Below, one piece after another: positions 41,701 through 56,700 of a stretch of DNA of 64,000 nt; within the stretch, counting starts at the first letter, position 1; each line of letters begins with the position of its first letter. The stretch spans positions 1,353,317-1,417,316 of the forward strand of contig OZ251243.1 of assembly GCA_965240325.2 (NCBI GenBank), given 5' to 3'. The stretch is from Rebecca billardiae RCC1528 (Eukaryota; Protista; Haptophyta). Under the pieces are notes generated by a model that made no database searches, was not told the DNA's origin, and was given only the letters and a program-made list of their open reading frames with translations. The position numbers and the translations under genes were made by a program.

Positions 41701-44700
41701 GCCACTGACTGGCTCGGCACACGCAACCGCGGCTCCAACCAGCCGCGACGCGCACGATGTAGCGGCCCACCACGCCGTTAGTTGGGCCTGCCCTCGCGGT
41801 TGCGGCTCGCCCGGGGGTCACTGCGGCCGGCCACGTCGGCAGATGCCCCACGTAACGGCTCTTGGGCCTTCGCTGAGGGCCACCGCACCAGCTCGGCTCG
41901 CCGTGTGCCACTGACTGACTGCCTCGGCACCCGCAACCGCGGCTCCAACCAGCCGCGACGCGCACGATGTAGCGGCCCACCACGCCGTTAGTTGGGCCTG
42001 CCCTCGCGGTTGCGGCTCGCCCGGGGGTCACTGCGGCCGGCCACGACGGCAGATGCCCCACGTAACGGCTCTTGGGCCTTCGCTGAGGGCCACCGCACCA
42101 GCTCGGCTCGCCGTGTGCCACTGACTGACTCGGCACACGCAACCGCGGCTCCAACCAGCCGCGACGCGCACGATGTAGCGGCCCACCACGCCGTTAGTTG
42201 GGCGTGCCCTCGCGGTTGCGGCTCGCCCGGGGGTCACTGCGGCCGGCCACGACGGCAGATGCCCCACGTAACGGCTCTTGGGCCTTCGCTGAGGGCCACC
42301 GCACCAGCTCGGCTCGCCGTGTGCCACTGACTGACTGGCTCGGCACCCGCAACCGCGGCTCCAACCAGCCGCGACGCGCACGATGTAGCGGCCCACCACG
42401 CCGTTAGTTGGGCCTGCCCTCGCGGTTGCGGCTCGCCCGGGGGTCACTGCGGCCGGCCACGACGGCAGATGCCCCACGTAACGGCTCTTGGGCCTTCGCT
42501 GAGGGCCACCGCACCAGCTCGGCTCGCCGTGTGCCACTGACTGACTGGCTCGGCACCCGCAACCGCGGCTCCAACCAGCCGCGACGCGCACGATGTAGCG
42601 GCCCACCACGCCGTTAGTTGGGCGTGCCCTCGCGGTTGCGGCTCGCCCGGGGGTCACTGCGGCCGGCCACGACGGCAGATGCCCCACGTAACGGCTCTTG
42701 GGCCTTCGCTGAGGGCCACCGCACCAGCTCGGCTCGCCGTGTGCCACTGACTGGCTCGGCACACGCAACCGCGGCTCCAACCAGCCGCAAAGCGCACGCC
42801 GTAGCGGCCCACCACGCCGTTAGTTGGGCGTGCCCTCGCGGTTGCGGCTCGCCCGGGGGTCACTGCGGCCGGCCACGACGGCAGATGCCCCACGTAACGG
42901 CTCTTGGGCCTTCGCTGAGGGCCACCGCACCAGCTCGGCTCGCCGTGTGCCACTGACTGGCTCGGCACCCGCAACCGCGGCTCCAACCAGCCGCGAGGCG
43001 CACGATGTAGCGGCCCACCACGCCGTTAGTTGGGCCTGCCCTCGCGGTTGCGGCTCGCCCGGGGGTCACTGCGGCCGGCCACGACGGCAGATGCCCCACG
43101 TAACGGCTCTTGGGCCTTCGCTGAGGGCCACCGCACCAGCTCGGCTCGCCGTGTGCCACTGACTGACTCGGCACACGCAACCGCGGCTCCAACCAGCCGC
43201 GACGCGCACGATGTAGCGGCCCACCACGCCGTTAGTTGGGCGTGCCCTCGCGGTTGCGGCTCGCCCGGGGGTCACTGCGGCCGGCCACGACGGCAGATGC
43301 CCCACGTAACGGCTCTTGGGCCTTCGCTGAGGGCCACCGCACCAGCTCGGCTCGCCGTGTGCCACTGACTGACTGGCTCGGCACCCGCAACCGCGGCTCC
43401 AACCAGCCGCGACGCGCACGATGTAGCGGCCCACCACGCCGTTAGTTGGGCCTGCCCTCGCGGTTGCGGCTCGCCCGGGGGTCACTGCGGCCGGCCACGA
43501 CGGCAGATGCCCCACGTAACGGCTCTTGGGCCTTCGCTGAGGGCCACCGCACCAGCTCGGCTCGCCGTGTGCCACTGACTGACTGGCTCGGCACCCGCAA
43601 CCGCGGCTCCAACCAGCCGCGACGCGCACGATGTAGCGGCCCACCACGCCGTTAGTTGGGCGTGCCCTCGCGGTTGCGGCTCGCCCGGGGGTCACTGCGG
43701 CCGGCCACGACGGCAGATGCCCCACGTAACGGCTCTTGGGCCTTCGCTGAGGGCCACCGCACCAGCTCGGCTCGCCGTGTGCCACTGACTGGCTCGGCAC
43801 ACGCAACCGCGGCTCCAACCAGCCGCAAAGCGCACGCCGTAGCGGCCCACCACGCCGTTAGTTGGGCGTGCCCTCGCGGTTGCGGCTCGCCCGGGGGTCA
43901 CTGCGGCCGGCCACGACGGCAGATGCCCCACGTAACGGCTCTTGGGCCTTCGCTGAGGGCCACCGCACCAGCTCGGCTCGCCGTGTGCCACTGACTGGCT
44001 CGGCACCCGCAACCGCGGCTCCAACCAGCCGCGAGGCGCACGATGTAGCGGCCCACCACGCCGTTAGTTGGGCCTGCCCTCGCGGTTGCGGCTCGCCCGG
44101 GGGTCACTGCGGCCGGCCACGACGGCAGATGCCCCACGTAACGGCTCTTGGGCCTTCGCTGAGGGCCACCGCACCAGCTCGGCTCGCCGTGTGCCACTGA
44201 CTGACTCGGCACACGCAACCGCGGCTCCAACCAGCCGCGACGCGCACGATGTAGCGGCCCACCACGCCGTTAGTTGGGCGTGCCCTCGCGGTTGCGGCTC
44301 GCCCGGGGGTCACTGCGGCCGGCCACGACGGCAGATGCCCCACGTAACGGCTCTTGGGCCTTCGCTGAGGGCCACCGCACCAGCTCGGCTCGCCGTGTGC
44401 CACTGACTGACTGGCTCGGCACCCGCAACCGCGGCTCCAACCAGCCGCGACGCGCACGATGTAGCGGCCCACCACGCCGTTAGTTGGGCCTGCCCTCGCG
44501 GTTGCGGCTCGCCCGGGGGTCACTGCGGCCGGCCACGACGGCAGATGCCCCACGTAACGGCTCTTGGGCCTTCGCTGAGGGCCACCGCACCAGCTCGGCT
44601 CGCCGTGTGCCACTGACTGACTGGCTCGGCACCCGCAACCGCGGCTCCAACCAGCCGCGACGCGCACGATGTAGCGGCCCACCACGCCGTTAGTTGGGCG

Positions 44701-47700
44701 TGCCCTCGCGGTTGCGGCTCGCCCGGGGGTCACTGCGGCCGGCCACGACGGCAGATGCCCCACGTAACGGCTCTTGGGCCTTCGCTGAGGGCCACCGCAC
44801 CAGCTCGGCTCGCCGTGTGCCACTGACTGGCTCGGCACACGCAACCGCGGCTCCAACCAGCCGCGACGTGCACGATGTAGCGGCCCACCACGCCGTTAGT
44901 TGGGCCTGCCCTCGCGGTTGCGGCTCGCCCGGGGGTCACTGCGGCCGGCCACGACGGCAGATGCCCCACGTAATGGCTCTTGGGCCTTCGCTGAGGGCCA
45001 CCGCACCAGCTCGGCTCGCCGTGTGCCACTGACTGACTGGCTCGGCACACGCAACCGCGGCTCCAACCAGCCGCGACGCGCACGATGTAGCGGCCCACCA
45101 CGCCGTTAGTTGGGCGTGCCCTCGCGGTTGCGGCTCGCCCGGGGGTCACTGCGGCCGGCCACGACGGCAGATGCCCCACGTAACGGCTCTTGGGCCTTCG
45201 CTGAGGGCCACCGCACCAGCTCGGCTCGCCGTGTGCCACTGACTGGCTCGGCACCCGCAACCGCGGCTCCAACCAGCCGCAAAGCGCACGCCGTAGCGGC
45301 CCACCACGCCGTTAGTTGGGCGTGCCCTCGCGGTTGCGGCTCGCCCGGGGGTCACTGCGGCCGGCCACGACGGCAGATGCCCCACGTAATGGCTCTTGGG
45401 CCTTCGCTGAGGGCCTGACTGGCTCGGCACCCGCAACCGCGGCTCCAACCAGCCGCGACGCGCACGATGTAGCGGCCCACCACGCCGTTAGTTGGGCCTG
45501 CCCTCGCGGTTGCGGCTCGCCCGGGGGTCCCTGCGGCCGGCCACGACGGCAGATGCCCCACGTAACGGCTCTTGGGCCTTCGCTGAGGGCCACCGCACCA
45601 GCTCGGCTCGCCGTGTGCCACTGACTGGCTCGGCACACGCAACCGCGGCTCCAACCAGCCGCAAAGCGCACGCCGTAGCGGCCCACCACGCCGTTAGTTG
45701 GGCCTGCCCTCGCGGTTGCGGCTCGCCCGGGGGTCACTGCGGCCGGCCACGTCGGCCGTTGCCCCACGTAACGGCTCTTGGGCCGTCGCTGAGGGCCACC
45801 GCACCAGCTCGGCCCGCCGTGTGCGCTACCGGCTTGGCGGCAGCGGGCGCGGCTCCAACCAGCCGCGACGCGCACGATGTAGCGGGCCACCACGCCGTTA
45901 GTTGGGCGTGCCCTCGCGGTTGCGGCTCGCCCGGGGGTCACTGCGGCCGGCCACGTCGGCCGTTGCCCCACATAATGGGTCTTGGGCCGTCGCTGAGGGA
46001 GACCGCACCAGCTCGGCTCGCCGTGTGCCACTGACTGACTGGCTCGGCACACGCAACCGCGGCTCCAACCAGCCGCGACGCGCACGATGTAGCGGCCCAC
46101 CACGCCGTTAGTTGGGCGTGCCCTCGCGGTTGCGGCTCGCCCGGGGGTCACTGCGGCCGGCCACGACGGCAGATGCCCCACGTAACGGCTCTTGGGCCTT
46201 CGCTGAGGGCCACCGCACCAGCTCGGCTCGCCGTGTGCCACTGACTGACTGGCTCGGCACACGCAACCGCGGCTCCAACCAGCCGCGACGCGCACGATGT
46301 AGCGGCCCACCACGCCGTTAGTTGGGCCTGCCCTCGCGGTTGCGGCTCGCCCGGGGGTCACTGCGGCCGGCCACGACGGCAGATGCCCCACGTAACGGCT
46401 CTTGGGCCTTCGCTGAGGGCCACCGCACCAGCTCGGCTCGCCGTGTGCCACTGACTGACTGGCTCGGCACACGCAACCGCGGCTCCAACCAGCCGCGACG
46501 CGCACGATGTAGCGGCCCACCACGCCGTTAGTTGGGCGTGCCCTCGCGGTTGCGGCTCGCCCGGGGGTCACTGCGGCCGGCCACGACGGCAGATGCCCCA
46601 CGTAACGGCTCTTGGGCCTTCGCTGAGGGCCACCGCACCAGCTCGGCTCGCCGTGTGCCACTGACTGGCTCGGCACCCGCAACCGCGGCTCCAACCAGCC
46701 GCGACGCGCACGATGTAGCGGCCCACCACGCCGTTAGTTGGGCCTGCCCTCGCGGTTGCGGCTCGCCCGGGGGTCACTGCGGCCGGCCACGACGGCAGAT
46801 GCCCCACGTAATGGCTCTTGGGCCGTCGCTGAGGGCCACCGCACCAGCTCGGCTCGCCGTGTGCCACTGACTGGCTCGGCACCCGCAACCGCGGCTCCAA
46901 CCAGCCGCGACGCGCACGATGTAGCGGCCCACCACGCCGTTAGTTGGGCCTGCCCTCGCGGTTGCGGCTCGCCCGGGGGTCACTGCGGCCGGCCACGACG
47001 GCAGATGCCCCACGTAACGGCTCTTGGGCCGTCGCTAAGGGAGACCGCACCAGCTCGGCCCGCCGTGTGCGCTACCGGCTCGGCGGCCGCGGGCGCGGCT
47101 CCAACCAGCCGCGACGCGCACGCCGTAGCGGCCCACCACGCCGTTAGTTGGGCCTGCCCTCGCGGTTGCGGCTCGCCCGGGGGTCACTGCGGCCGGCCAC
47201 GACGGCAGATGCCCCACGTAACGGCTCTTGGGCCTTCGCTGAGGGCCACCGCACCAGCTCGGCTCGCCGTGTGCCACTGACTGACTGGCTCGGCACACGC
47301 AACCGCGGCTCCAACCAGCCGCGACGCGCACGATGTAGCGGCCCACCACGCCGTTAGTTGGGCGTGCCCTCGCGGTTGCGGCTCGCCCGGGGGTCACTGC
47401 GGCCGGCCACGACGGCAGATGCCCCACGTAACGGCTCTTGGGCCTTCGCTGAGGGCCACCGCACCAGCTCGGCTCGCCGTGTGCCACTGACTGGCTCGGC
47501 ACCCGCAACCGCGGCTCCAACCAGCCGCGACGCGCACGATGTAGCGGCCCACCACGCCGTTAGTTGGGCCTGCCCTCGCGGTTGCGGCTCGCCCGGGGGT
47601 CACTGCGGCCGGCCACGACGGCAGATGCCCCACGTAATGGCTCTTGGGCCGTCGCTGAGGGCCACCGCACCAGCTCGGCTCGCCGTGTGCCACTGACTGG

Positions 47701-50700
47701 CTCGGCACCCGCAACCGCGGCTCCAACCAGCCGCGACGCGCACGATGTAGCGGCCCACCACGCCGTTAGTTGGGCCTGCCCTCGCGGTTGCGGCTCGCCC
47801 GGGGGTCACTGCGGCCGGCCACGACGGCAGATGCCCCACGTAACGGCTCTTGGGCCGTCGCTAAGGGAGACCGCACCAGCTCGGCCCGCCGTGTGCGCTA
47901 CCGGCTCGGCGGCCGCGGGCGCGGCTCCAACCAGCCGCGACGCGCACGCCGTAGCGGCCCACCACGCCGTTAGTTGGGCCTGCCCTCGCGGTTGCGGCTC
48001 GCCCGGGGGTCACTGCGGCCGGCCACGACGGCAGATGCCCCACGTAACGGCTCTTGGGCCTTCGCTGAGGGCCACCGCACCAGCTCGGCTCGCCGTGTGC
48101 CACTGACTGGCTCGGCACACGCAACCGCGGCTCCAACCAGCCGCGACGCGCACGCCGTAGCGGCCCACCACGCCGTTAGTTGGGCCTGCCCTCGCGGTTG
48201 CGGCTCGCCCGAGGGTCACTGCGGCCGGCCACGTCGGCCGTTGCCCCACGTAATGGCTCTTGGGCCGTCGCTGAGGGCCACCGCACCAGCTCGGCCCGCC
48301 GTGTGCCACTGACTGACTGGCTCGGCACACGCAACCGCGGCTCCAACCAGCCGCGACGCGCACGCCGTAGCGGCCCGCCACGCCGTTAGTTGGGCGTGCC
48401 CTCGCGGTTGCGGCTCGCCCGGGGGTCACTGCGGCCGGCCACGACGGCAGATGCCCCACGTAACGGCTCTTGGGCCGTCGCTGAGGGCCACCGCACCAGC
48501 TCGGCTCGCCGTGTGCCACTGACTGGCTCGGCACACGCAACCGCGGCTCCAACCAGCCGCGACGCGCACGCCGTAGCGGCCCACCACGCCGTTAGTTGGG
48601 CCTGCCCTCGCGGTTGCGGCTCGCCCGGGGGTCACTGCGGCCGGCCACGTCGGCCGTTGTCCCACGTAATGGCTCTTGGGCCGTCGCTGAGGGCCACCGC
48701 ACCAGCTCGGCTCGCCGTGTGCCACTGACTGGCTCGGCACACGCAACCGCGGCTCCAACCAGCCGCGACGCGCACGCCGTAGCGGCCCACCACCCCGTTA
48801 GTTGGGCCTGCCCTCGCGGTTGCGGCTCGCCCGGGGGTCACTGCGGCCGGCCACGTCGGCCGTTGCCCCACGTAATGGCTCTTGGGCCGTCGCTGAGGGC
48901 CACCGCACCAGCTCGGCTCGCCGTGTGCCACTGACTGGCTCGGCACACGCAACCGCGGCTCCAACCAGCCGCGACGCGCACGATGTAGCGGCCCACCACG
49001 CCGTTAGTTGGGCCTGCCCTCGCGGTTGCGGCTCGCCCGGGGGTCACTGCGGCCGGCCAAGACGGCAGATGCCCCACGTAACGGCTCTTGGGCCTTCGCT
49101 GAGGGCCACCGCACCAGCTCGGCTCGCCGTGTGCCACTGACTGGCTCGGCACACGCAACCGCGGCTCCAACCAGCCGCGACGTGCACGATGTAGCGGCCC
49201 ACCACGCCGTTAGTTGGGCCTGCCCTCGCGGTTGCGGCTCGCCCGGGGGTCACTGCGGCCGGCCACGACGGCAGATGCCCCACGTAATGGCTCTTGGGCC
49301 TTCGCTGAGGGCCACCGCACCAGCTCGGCTCGCCGTGTGCCACTGACTGGCTCGGCACACGCAACCGCGGCTCCAACCAGCCGCGACGCGCACGCCGTAG
49401 CGGCCCACCACGCCGTTAGTTGGGCCTGCCCTCGCGGTTGCGGCTCGCCCGGGGGTCACTGCGGCCGGCCACGACGGCAGATGCCCCACGTAACGGCTCT
49501 TGGGCCTTCGCTGAGGGCCACCGCACCAACTCGGCTCGCCGTGTGCCACTGACTGGCTCGGCACACGCAACCGCGGCTCCAACCAGCCGCGACGCGCACG
49601 CCGTAGCGGCCCACCACGCCGTTAGTTGGGCGTGCCCTCGCGGTTGCGGCTCGCCCGGGGGTCACTGCGGCCGGCCACGACGGCAGATGCCCCACGTAAC
49701 GGCTCTTGGGCCTTCGCTGAGGGCCACCGCACCAGCTCGGCTCGCCGTGTGCCACTGACTGGCTCGGCACACGCAACCGCGGCTCCAACCAGCCGCGACG
49801 CGCACGCCGTAGCGGCCCACCACGCCGTTAGTTGGGCCTGCCCTCGCGGTTGCGGCTCGCCCGGGGGTCACTGCGGCCGGCCACGACGGCAGATGCCCCA
49901 CGTAACGGCTCTTGGGCCTTCGCTGACGGCCAGCTCGGCTCGCCGTGTGCCACTGACTGACTGGCTCGGCACACGCAACCGCGGCTCCAACCAGCCGCGA
50001 CGCGCACGATGTAGCGGCCCACCACGCCGTTAGTTGGGCGTGCCCTCGCGGTTGCGGCTCGCCCGGGGGTCACTGTGGCCGGCCACGACGGCAGATGCCC
50101 CACGTAACGGCTCTTGGGCCTTCGCTGAGGGCCACCGCACCAGCTCGGCTCGCCGTGTGCCACTGACTGGCTCGGCACACGCAACCGCGGCTCCAACCAG
50201 CCGCGACGCGCACGCCGTAGCGGCCCACCACGCCGTTAGTTGGGCCTGCCCTCGCGGTTGCGGCTCGCCCGGGGGTCACTGCGGCCGGCCACGACGGCAG
50301 ATGCCCCACGTAACGGCTCTTGGGCCTTCGCTGAGGGCCACCGCACCAGCTCGGCTCGCCGTGTGCCACTGACTGACTGGCTCGGCACACGCAACCGCGG
50401 CTCCAACCAGCCGCGACGCGCACGCCGTAGCGGCCCACCACGCCGTTAGTTGGGCCTGCCCTCGCGGTTGCGGCTCGCCCGGGGGTCACTGCGGCCGGCC
50501 ACGTCGGCTGGTGCCCCACGTAATGGCTCTTGGGCCGTCGCTAAGGGAGACCGCACCAGCTCGGCCCGCCGTGTGCGCTACCGGCTCGGCGGCCGCGGGC
50601 GCGGCTCCAACCAGCCGCGACGCGCACGCCGTAGCGGCCCACCACGCCGTTAGTTGGGCCTGCCCTCGCGGTTGCGGCTCGCCCGGGGGTCACTGCGGCC

Positions 50701-53700
50701 GGCCACGTCGGCCGTTGCCCCACGTAACGGCTCTTGGGCCGTCGCTAAGGGAGACCGCACCAGCTCGGCTCGCCGTGTGCCACTGACTGGCTCAGCACAC
50801 GCAACCGCGGCTCCAACCAGCCGCGAGGCGCACGATGTAGCGGCCCACCACGCCGTTAGTTGGGCCTGCCCTCGCGGTTGCGGCTCGCCCGGGGGTCACT
50901 GCGGCCGGCCACGACGGCAGATGCCCCACGTAACGGCTCTTGGGCCGTCGCTAAGGGAGACCGCACCAGCTCGGCCCGCCGTGTGCGCTACCGGCTCGGC
51001 GGCCGCGGGCGCGGCTCCAACCAGCCGCGACGCGCACGCCGTAGCGGCCCACCACGCCGTTAGTTGGGCCTGCCCTCGCGGTTGCGGCTCGCCCGGGGGT
51101 CACTGCGGCCGGCCACGACGGCAGATGCCCCACGTAACGGCTCTTGGGCCTTCGCTGAGGGCCACCGCACCAGCTCGGCTCGCCGTGTGCCACTGACTGG
51201 CTCGGCACACGCAACCGCGGCTCCAACCAGCCGCGACGCGCACGCCGTAGCGGCCCACCACGCCGTTAGTTGGGCCTGCCCTCGCGGTTGCGGCTCGCCC
51301 GAGGGTCACTGCGGCCGGCCACGTCGGCCGTTGCCCCACGTAATGGCTCTTGGGCCGTCGCTGAGGGCCACCGCACCAGCTCGGCCCGCCGTGTGCCACT
51401 GACTGACTGGCTCGGCACACGCAACCGCGGCTCCAACCAGCCGCGACGCGCACGCCGTAGCGGCCCGCCACGCCGTTAGTTGGGCGTGCCCTCGCGGTTG
51501 CGGCTCGCCCGGGGGTCACTGCGGCCGGCCACGACGGCAGATGCCCCACGTAACGGCTCTTGGGCCGTCGCTGAGGGCCACCGCACCAGCTCGGCTCGCC
51601 GTGTGCCACTGACTGGCTCGGCACACGCAACCGCGGCTCCAACCAGCCGCGACGCGCACGCCGTAGCGGCCCACCACGCCGTTAGTTGGGCCTGCCCTCG
51701 CGGTTGCGGCTCGCCCGGGGGTCACTGCGGCCGGCCACGTCGGCCGTTGTCCCACGTAATGGCTCTTGGGCCGTCGCTGAGGGCCACCGCACCAGCTCGG
51801 CCCGCCGTGTGCGCTACCGGCTTGGCGGCAGCGGGCGCGGCTCCAACCAGCCGCGACGCGCACGATGTAGCGGCCCACCACGCCGTTAGTTGGGCCTGCC
51901 CTCGCGGTTGCGGCTCGCCCGGGGGTCACTGCGGCCGGCCACGACGGCAGATGCCCCACGTAACGGCTCTTGGGCCTTCGCTGAGGGCCACCGCACCAGC
52001 TCGGCTCGCCGTGTGCCACTGACTGACTGGCTCGGCACACGCAACCGCGGCTCCAACCAGCCGCGACGCGCACGATGTAGCGGCCCACCACGCCGTTAGT
52101 TGGGCCTGCCCTCGCGGTTGCGGCTCGCCCGGGGGTCACTGCGGCCGGCCACGACGGCAGATGCCCCACGTAACGGCTCTTGGGCCTTCGCTGAGGGCCA
52201 CCGCACCAGCTCGGCTCGCCGTGTGCCACTGACTGACTGGCTCGGCACACGCAACCGCGGCTCCAACCAGCCGCGACGCGCACGATGTAGCGGCCCACCA
52301 CGCCGTTAGTTGGGCGTGCCCTCGCGGTTGCGGCTCGCCCGGGGGTCACTGCGGCCGGCCACGACGGCAGATGCCCCACGTAACGGCTCTTGGGCCTTCG
52401 CTGAGGGCCACCGCACCAGCTCGGCTCGCCGTGTGCCACTGACTGGCTCGGCACCCGCAACCGCGGCTCCAACCAGCCGCGACGCGCACGATGTAGCGGC
52501 CCACCACGCCGTTAGTTGGGCCTGCCCTCGCGGTTGCGGCTCGCCCGGGGGTCACTGCGGCCGGCCACGACGGCAGATGCCCCACGTAATGGCTCTTGGG
52601 CCGTCGCTGAGGGCCATCACACCAGCTCGGCTCGCCGTGTGCCACTGACTGGCTCGGCACCCGCAACCGCGGCTCCAACCAGCCGCGACGCGCACGATGT
52701 AGCGGCCCACCACGCCGTTAGTTGGGCCTGCCCTCGCGGTTGCGGCTCGCCCGGGGGTCACTGCGGCCGGCCACGACGGCAGATGCCCCACGTAACGGCT
52801 CTTGGGCCTTCGCTGAGGGCCACCGCACCAGCTCGGCTCGCCGTGTGCCACTGACTGACTGGCTCGGCACACGCAACCGCGGCTCCAACCAGCCGCGACG
52901 CGCACGATGTAGCGGCCCACCACGCCGTTAGTTGGGCGTGCCCTCGCGGTTGCGGCTCGCCCGGGGGTCACTGCGGCCGGCCACGACGGCAGATGCCCCA
53001 CGTAACGGCTCTTGGGCCTTCGCTGAGGGCCACCGCACCAGCTCGGCTCGCCGTGTGCCACTGACTGGCTCGGCACACGCAACCGCGGCTCCAACCAGCC
53101 GCGACGCGCACGCCGTAGCGGCCCACCACCCCGTTAGTTGGGCCTGCCCTCGCGGTTGCGGCTCGCCCGGGGGTCACTGCGGCCGGCCACGTCGGCCGTT
53201 GCCCCACGTAATGGCTCTTGGGCCGTCGCTGAGGGCCACCGCACCAGCTCGGCTCGCCGTGTGCCACTGACTGGCTCGGCACACGCAACCGCGGCTCCAA
53301 CCAGCCGCGACGCGCACGATGTAGCGGCCCACCACGCCGTTAGTTGGGCCTGCCCTCGCGGTTGCGGCTCGCCCGGGGGTCACTGCGGCCGGCCACGACG
53401 GCAGATGCCCCACGTAACGGCTCTTGGGCCTTCGCTGAGGGCCACCGCACCAGCTCGGCTCGCCGTGTGCCACTGACTGACTGGCTCGGCACACGCAACC
53501 GCGGCTCCAACCAGCCGCGACGCGCACGATGTAGCGGCCCACCACGCCGTTAGTTGGGCGTGCCCTCGCGGTTGCGGCTCGCCCGGGGGTCACTGCGGCC
53601 GGCCACGACGGCAGATGCCCCACGTAACGGCTCTTGGGCCTTCGCTGAGGGCCACCGCACCAGCTCGGCTCGCCGTGTGCCACTGACTGGCTCGGCACAC

Positions 53701-56700
53701 GCAACCGCGGCTCCAACCAGCCGCAAAGCGCACGCCGTAGCGGCCCACCACGCCGTTAGTTGGGCCTGCCCTCGCGGTTGCGGCTCGCCCGGGGGTCACT
53801 GCGGCCGGCCACGACGGCAGATGCCCCACGTAACGGCTCTTGGGCCTTCGCTGAGGGCCACCGCACCAGCTCGGCCCGCCGTGTGCGCTACCGGCTCGGC
53901 GGCCGCGGGCGCGGCTCCAACCAGCCGCGACGCGCACGCCGTAGCGGCCCACCACGCCGTTAGTTGGGCCTGCCCTCGCGGTTGCGGCTCGCCCGGGGGT
54001 CACTGCGGCCGGCCACGACGGCAGATGCCCCACGTAACGGCTCTTGGGCCTTCGCTGAGGGCCACCGCACCAGCTCGGCACACGCAACCGCGGCTCCAAC
54101 CAGCCGCGACGCGCACGATGTAGCGGCCCACCACGCCGTTAGTTGGGCGTGCCCTCGCGGTTGCGGCTCGCCCGGGGGTCACTGCGGCCGGCCACGACGG
54201 CAGATGCCCCACGTAACGGCTCTTGGGCCTTCGCTGAGGGCCACCGCACCAGCTCGGCTCGCCGTGTGCCACTGACTGGCTCGGCACCCGCAACCGCGGC
54301 TCCAACCAGCCGCGACGCGCACGATGTAGCGGCCCACCACGCCGTTAGTTGGGCCTGCCCTCGCGGTTGCGGCTCGCCCGGGGGTCACTGCGGCCGGCCA
54401 CGACGGCAGATGCCCCACGTAACGGCTCTTGGGCCTTCGCTGAGGGCCACCGCACCAGCTCGGCTCGCCGTGTGCCACTGACTGACTGGCTCGGCACACG
54501 CAACCGCGGCTCCAACCAGCCGCGACGCGCACGCCGTAGCGGCCCACCACGCCGTTAGTTGGGCCTGCCCTCGCGGTTGCGGCTCGCCCGGGGGTCACTG
54601 CGGCCGGCCACGTCGGCAGATGCCCCACGTAATGGCTCTTGGGCCTTCGCTGAGGGCCACCGCACCAGCTCGGCTCGCCGTGTGCCACTGACTGGCTCGG
54701 CACACGCAACCGCGGCTCCAACCAGCCGCGACGCGCACGATGTAGCGGCCCACCACGCCGTTAGTTGGGCCTGCCCTCGCGGTTGCGGCTCGCCCGGGGG
54801 TCACTGCGGCCGGCCACGTCGGCAGATGCCCCACGTAACGGCTCTTGGGCCTTCGCTGAGGGCCACCGCACCAGCTCGGCTCGCCGTGTGCCACTGACTG
54901 ACTGCCTCGGCACCCGCAACCGCGGCTCCAACCAGCCGCGACGCGCACGATGTAGCGGCCCACCACGCCGTTAGTTGGGCCTGCCCTCGCGGTTGCGGCT
55001 CGCCCGGGGGTCACTGCGGCCGGCCACGACGGCAGATGCCCCACGTAACGGCTCTTGGGCCTTCGCTGAGGGCCACCGCACCAGCTCGGCTCGCCGTGTG
55101 CCACTGACTGACTCGGCACACGCAACCGCGGCTCCAACCAGCCGCGACGCGCACGATGTAGCGGCCCACCACGCCGTTAGTTGGGCGTGCCCTCGCGGTT
55201 GCGGCTCGCCCGGGGGTCACTGCGGCCGGCCACGACGGCAGATGCCCCACGTAACGGCTCTTGGGCCTTCGCTGAGGGCCACCGCACCAGCTCGGCTCGC
55301 CGTGTGCCACTGACTGACTGGCTCGGCACCCGCAACCGCGGCTCCAACCAGCCGCGACGCGCACGATGTAGCGGCGGCCTGCCCTCGCGGTTGCGGCTCG
55401 CCCGGGGGTCACTGCGGCCGGCCACGACGGCAGATGCCCCACGTAACGGCTCTTGGGCCTTCGCTGAGGGCCACCGCACCAGCTCGGCTCGCCGTGTGCC
55501 ACTGACTGACTGGCTCGGCACCCGCAACCGCGGCTCCAACCAGCCGCGACGCGCACGATGTAGCGGCCCACCACGCCGTTAGTTGGGCGTGCCCTCGCGG
55601 TTGCGGCTCGCCCGGGGGTCACTGCGGCCGGCCACGACGGCAGATGCCCCACGTAACGGCTCTTGGGCCTTCGCTGAGGGCCACCGCACCAGCTCGGCTC
55701 GCCGTGTGCCACTGACTGGCTCGGCACACGCAACCGCGGCTCCAACCAGCCGCAAAGCGCACGCCGTAGCGGCCCACCACGCCGTTAGTTGGGCGTGCCC
55801 TCGCGGTTGCGGCTCGCCCGGGGGTCACTGCGGCCGGCCACGACGGCAGATGCCCCACGTAACGGCTCTTGGGCCTTCGCTGAGGGCCACCGCACCAGCT
55901 CGGCTCGCCGTGTGCCACTGACTGGCTCGGCACACGCAACCGCGGCTCCAACCAGCCGCGAGGCGCACGATGTAGCGGCCCACCACGCCGTTAGTTGGGC
56001 CTGCCCTCGCGGTTGCGGCTCGCCCGGGGGTCACTGCGGCCGGCCACGACGGCAGATGCCCCACGTAACAAGGCCCTTCGCTGAGGGCCACCGCACCAGC
56101 TCGGCTCGCCGTGTGCCACTGACTGACTGCCTCGGCACCCGCAACCGCGGCTCCAACCAGCCGCGACCCACCACGCCGTTAGTTGGGCCTGCCCTCGCGG
56201 TTGCGGCTCGCCCGGGGGTCACTGCGGCCGGCCACGACGGCAGATGCCCCACGTAACGGCTCTTGGGCCTTCGCTGAGGGCCACCGCACCAGCTCGGCTC
56301 GCCGTGTGCCACTGACTGACTCGGCACACGCAACCGCGGCTCCAACCAGCCGCGACGCGCACGATGTAGCGGCCCACCACGCCGTTAGTTGGGCGTGCCC
56401 CCGGGGGTCACTGCGGCCGGCCACGACGGCAGATGCCCCACGTAACGGCTCTTGGGCCTTCGCTGAGGGCCACCGCACCAGCTCGGCTCGCCGACTGGCT
56501 CGGCACCCGCAACCGCGGCTCCAACCAGCCGCGACGCGCACCACGCCGTTAGTTGGGCCTGCCCTCGCGGTTGCGGCTCGCCCGGGGGTCACTGCGGCCG
56601 GCCACGACGGCAGATGCCCCACGTAACGGCTCTTGGGCCTTCGCTGAGGGCCACCGCACCAGCTCGGCTCGCCGTGTGCCACTGACTGGCTCGGCACACG

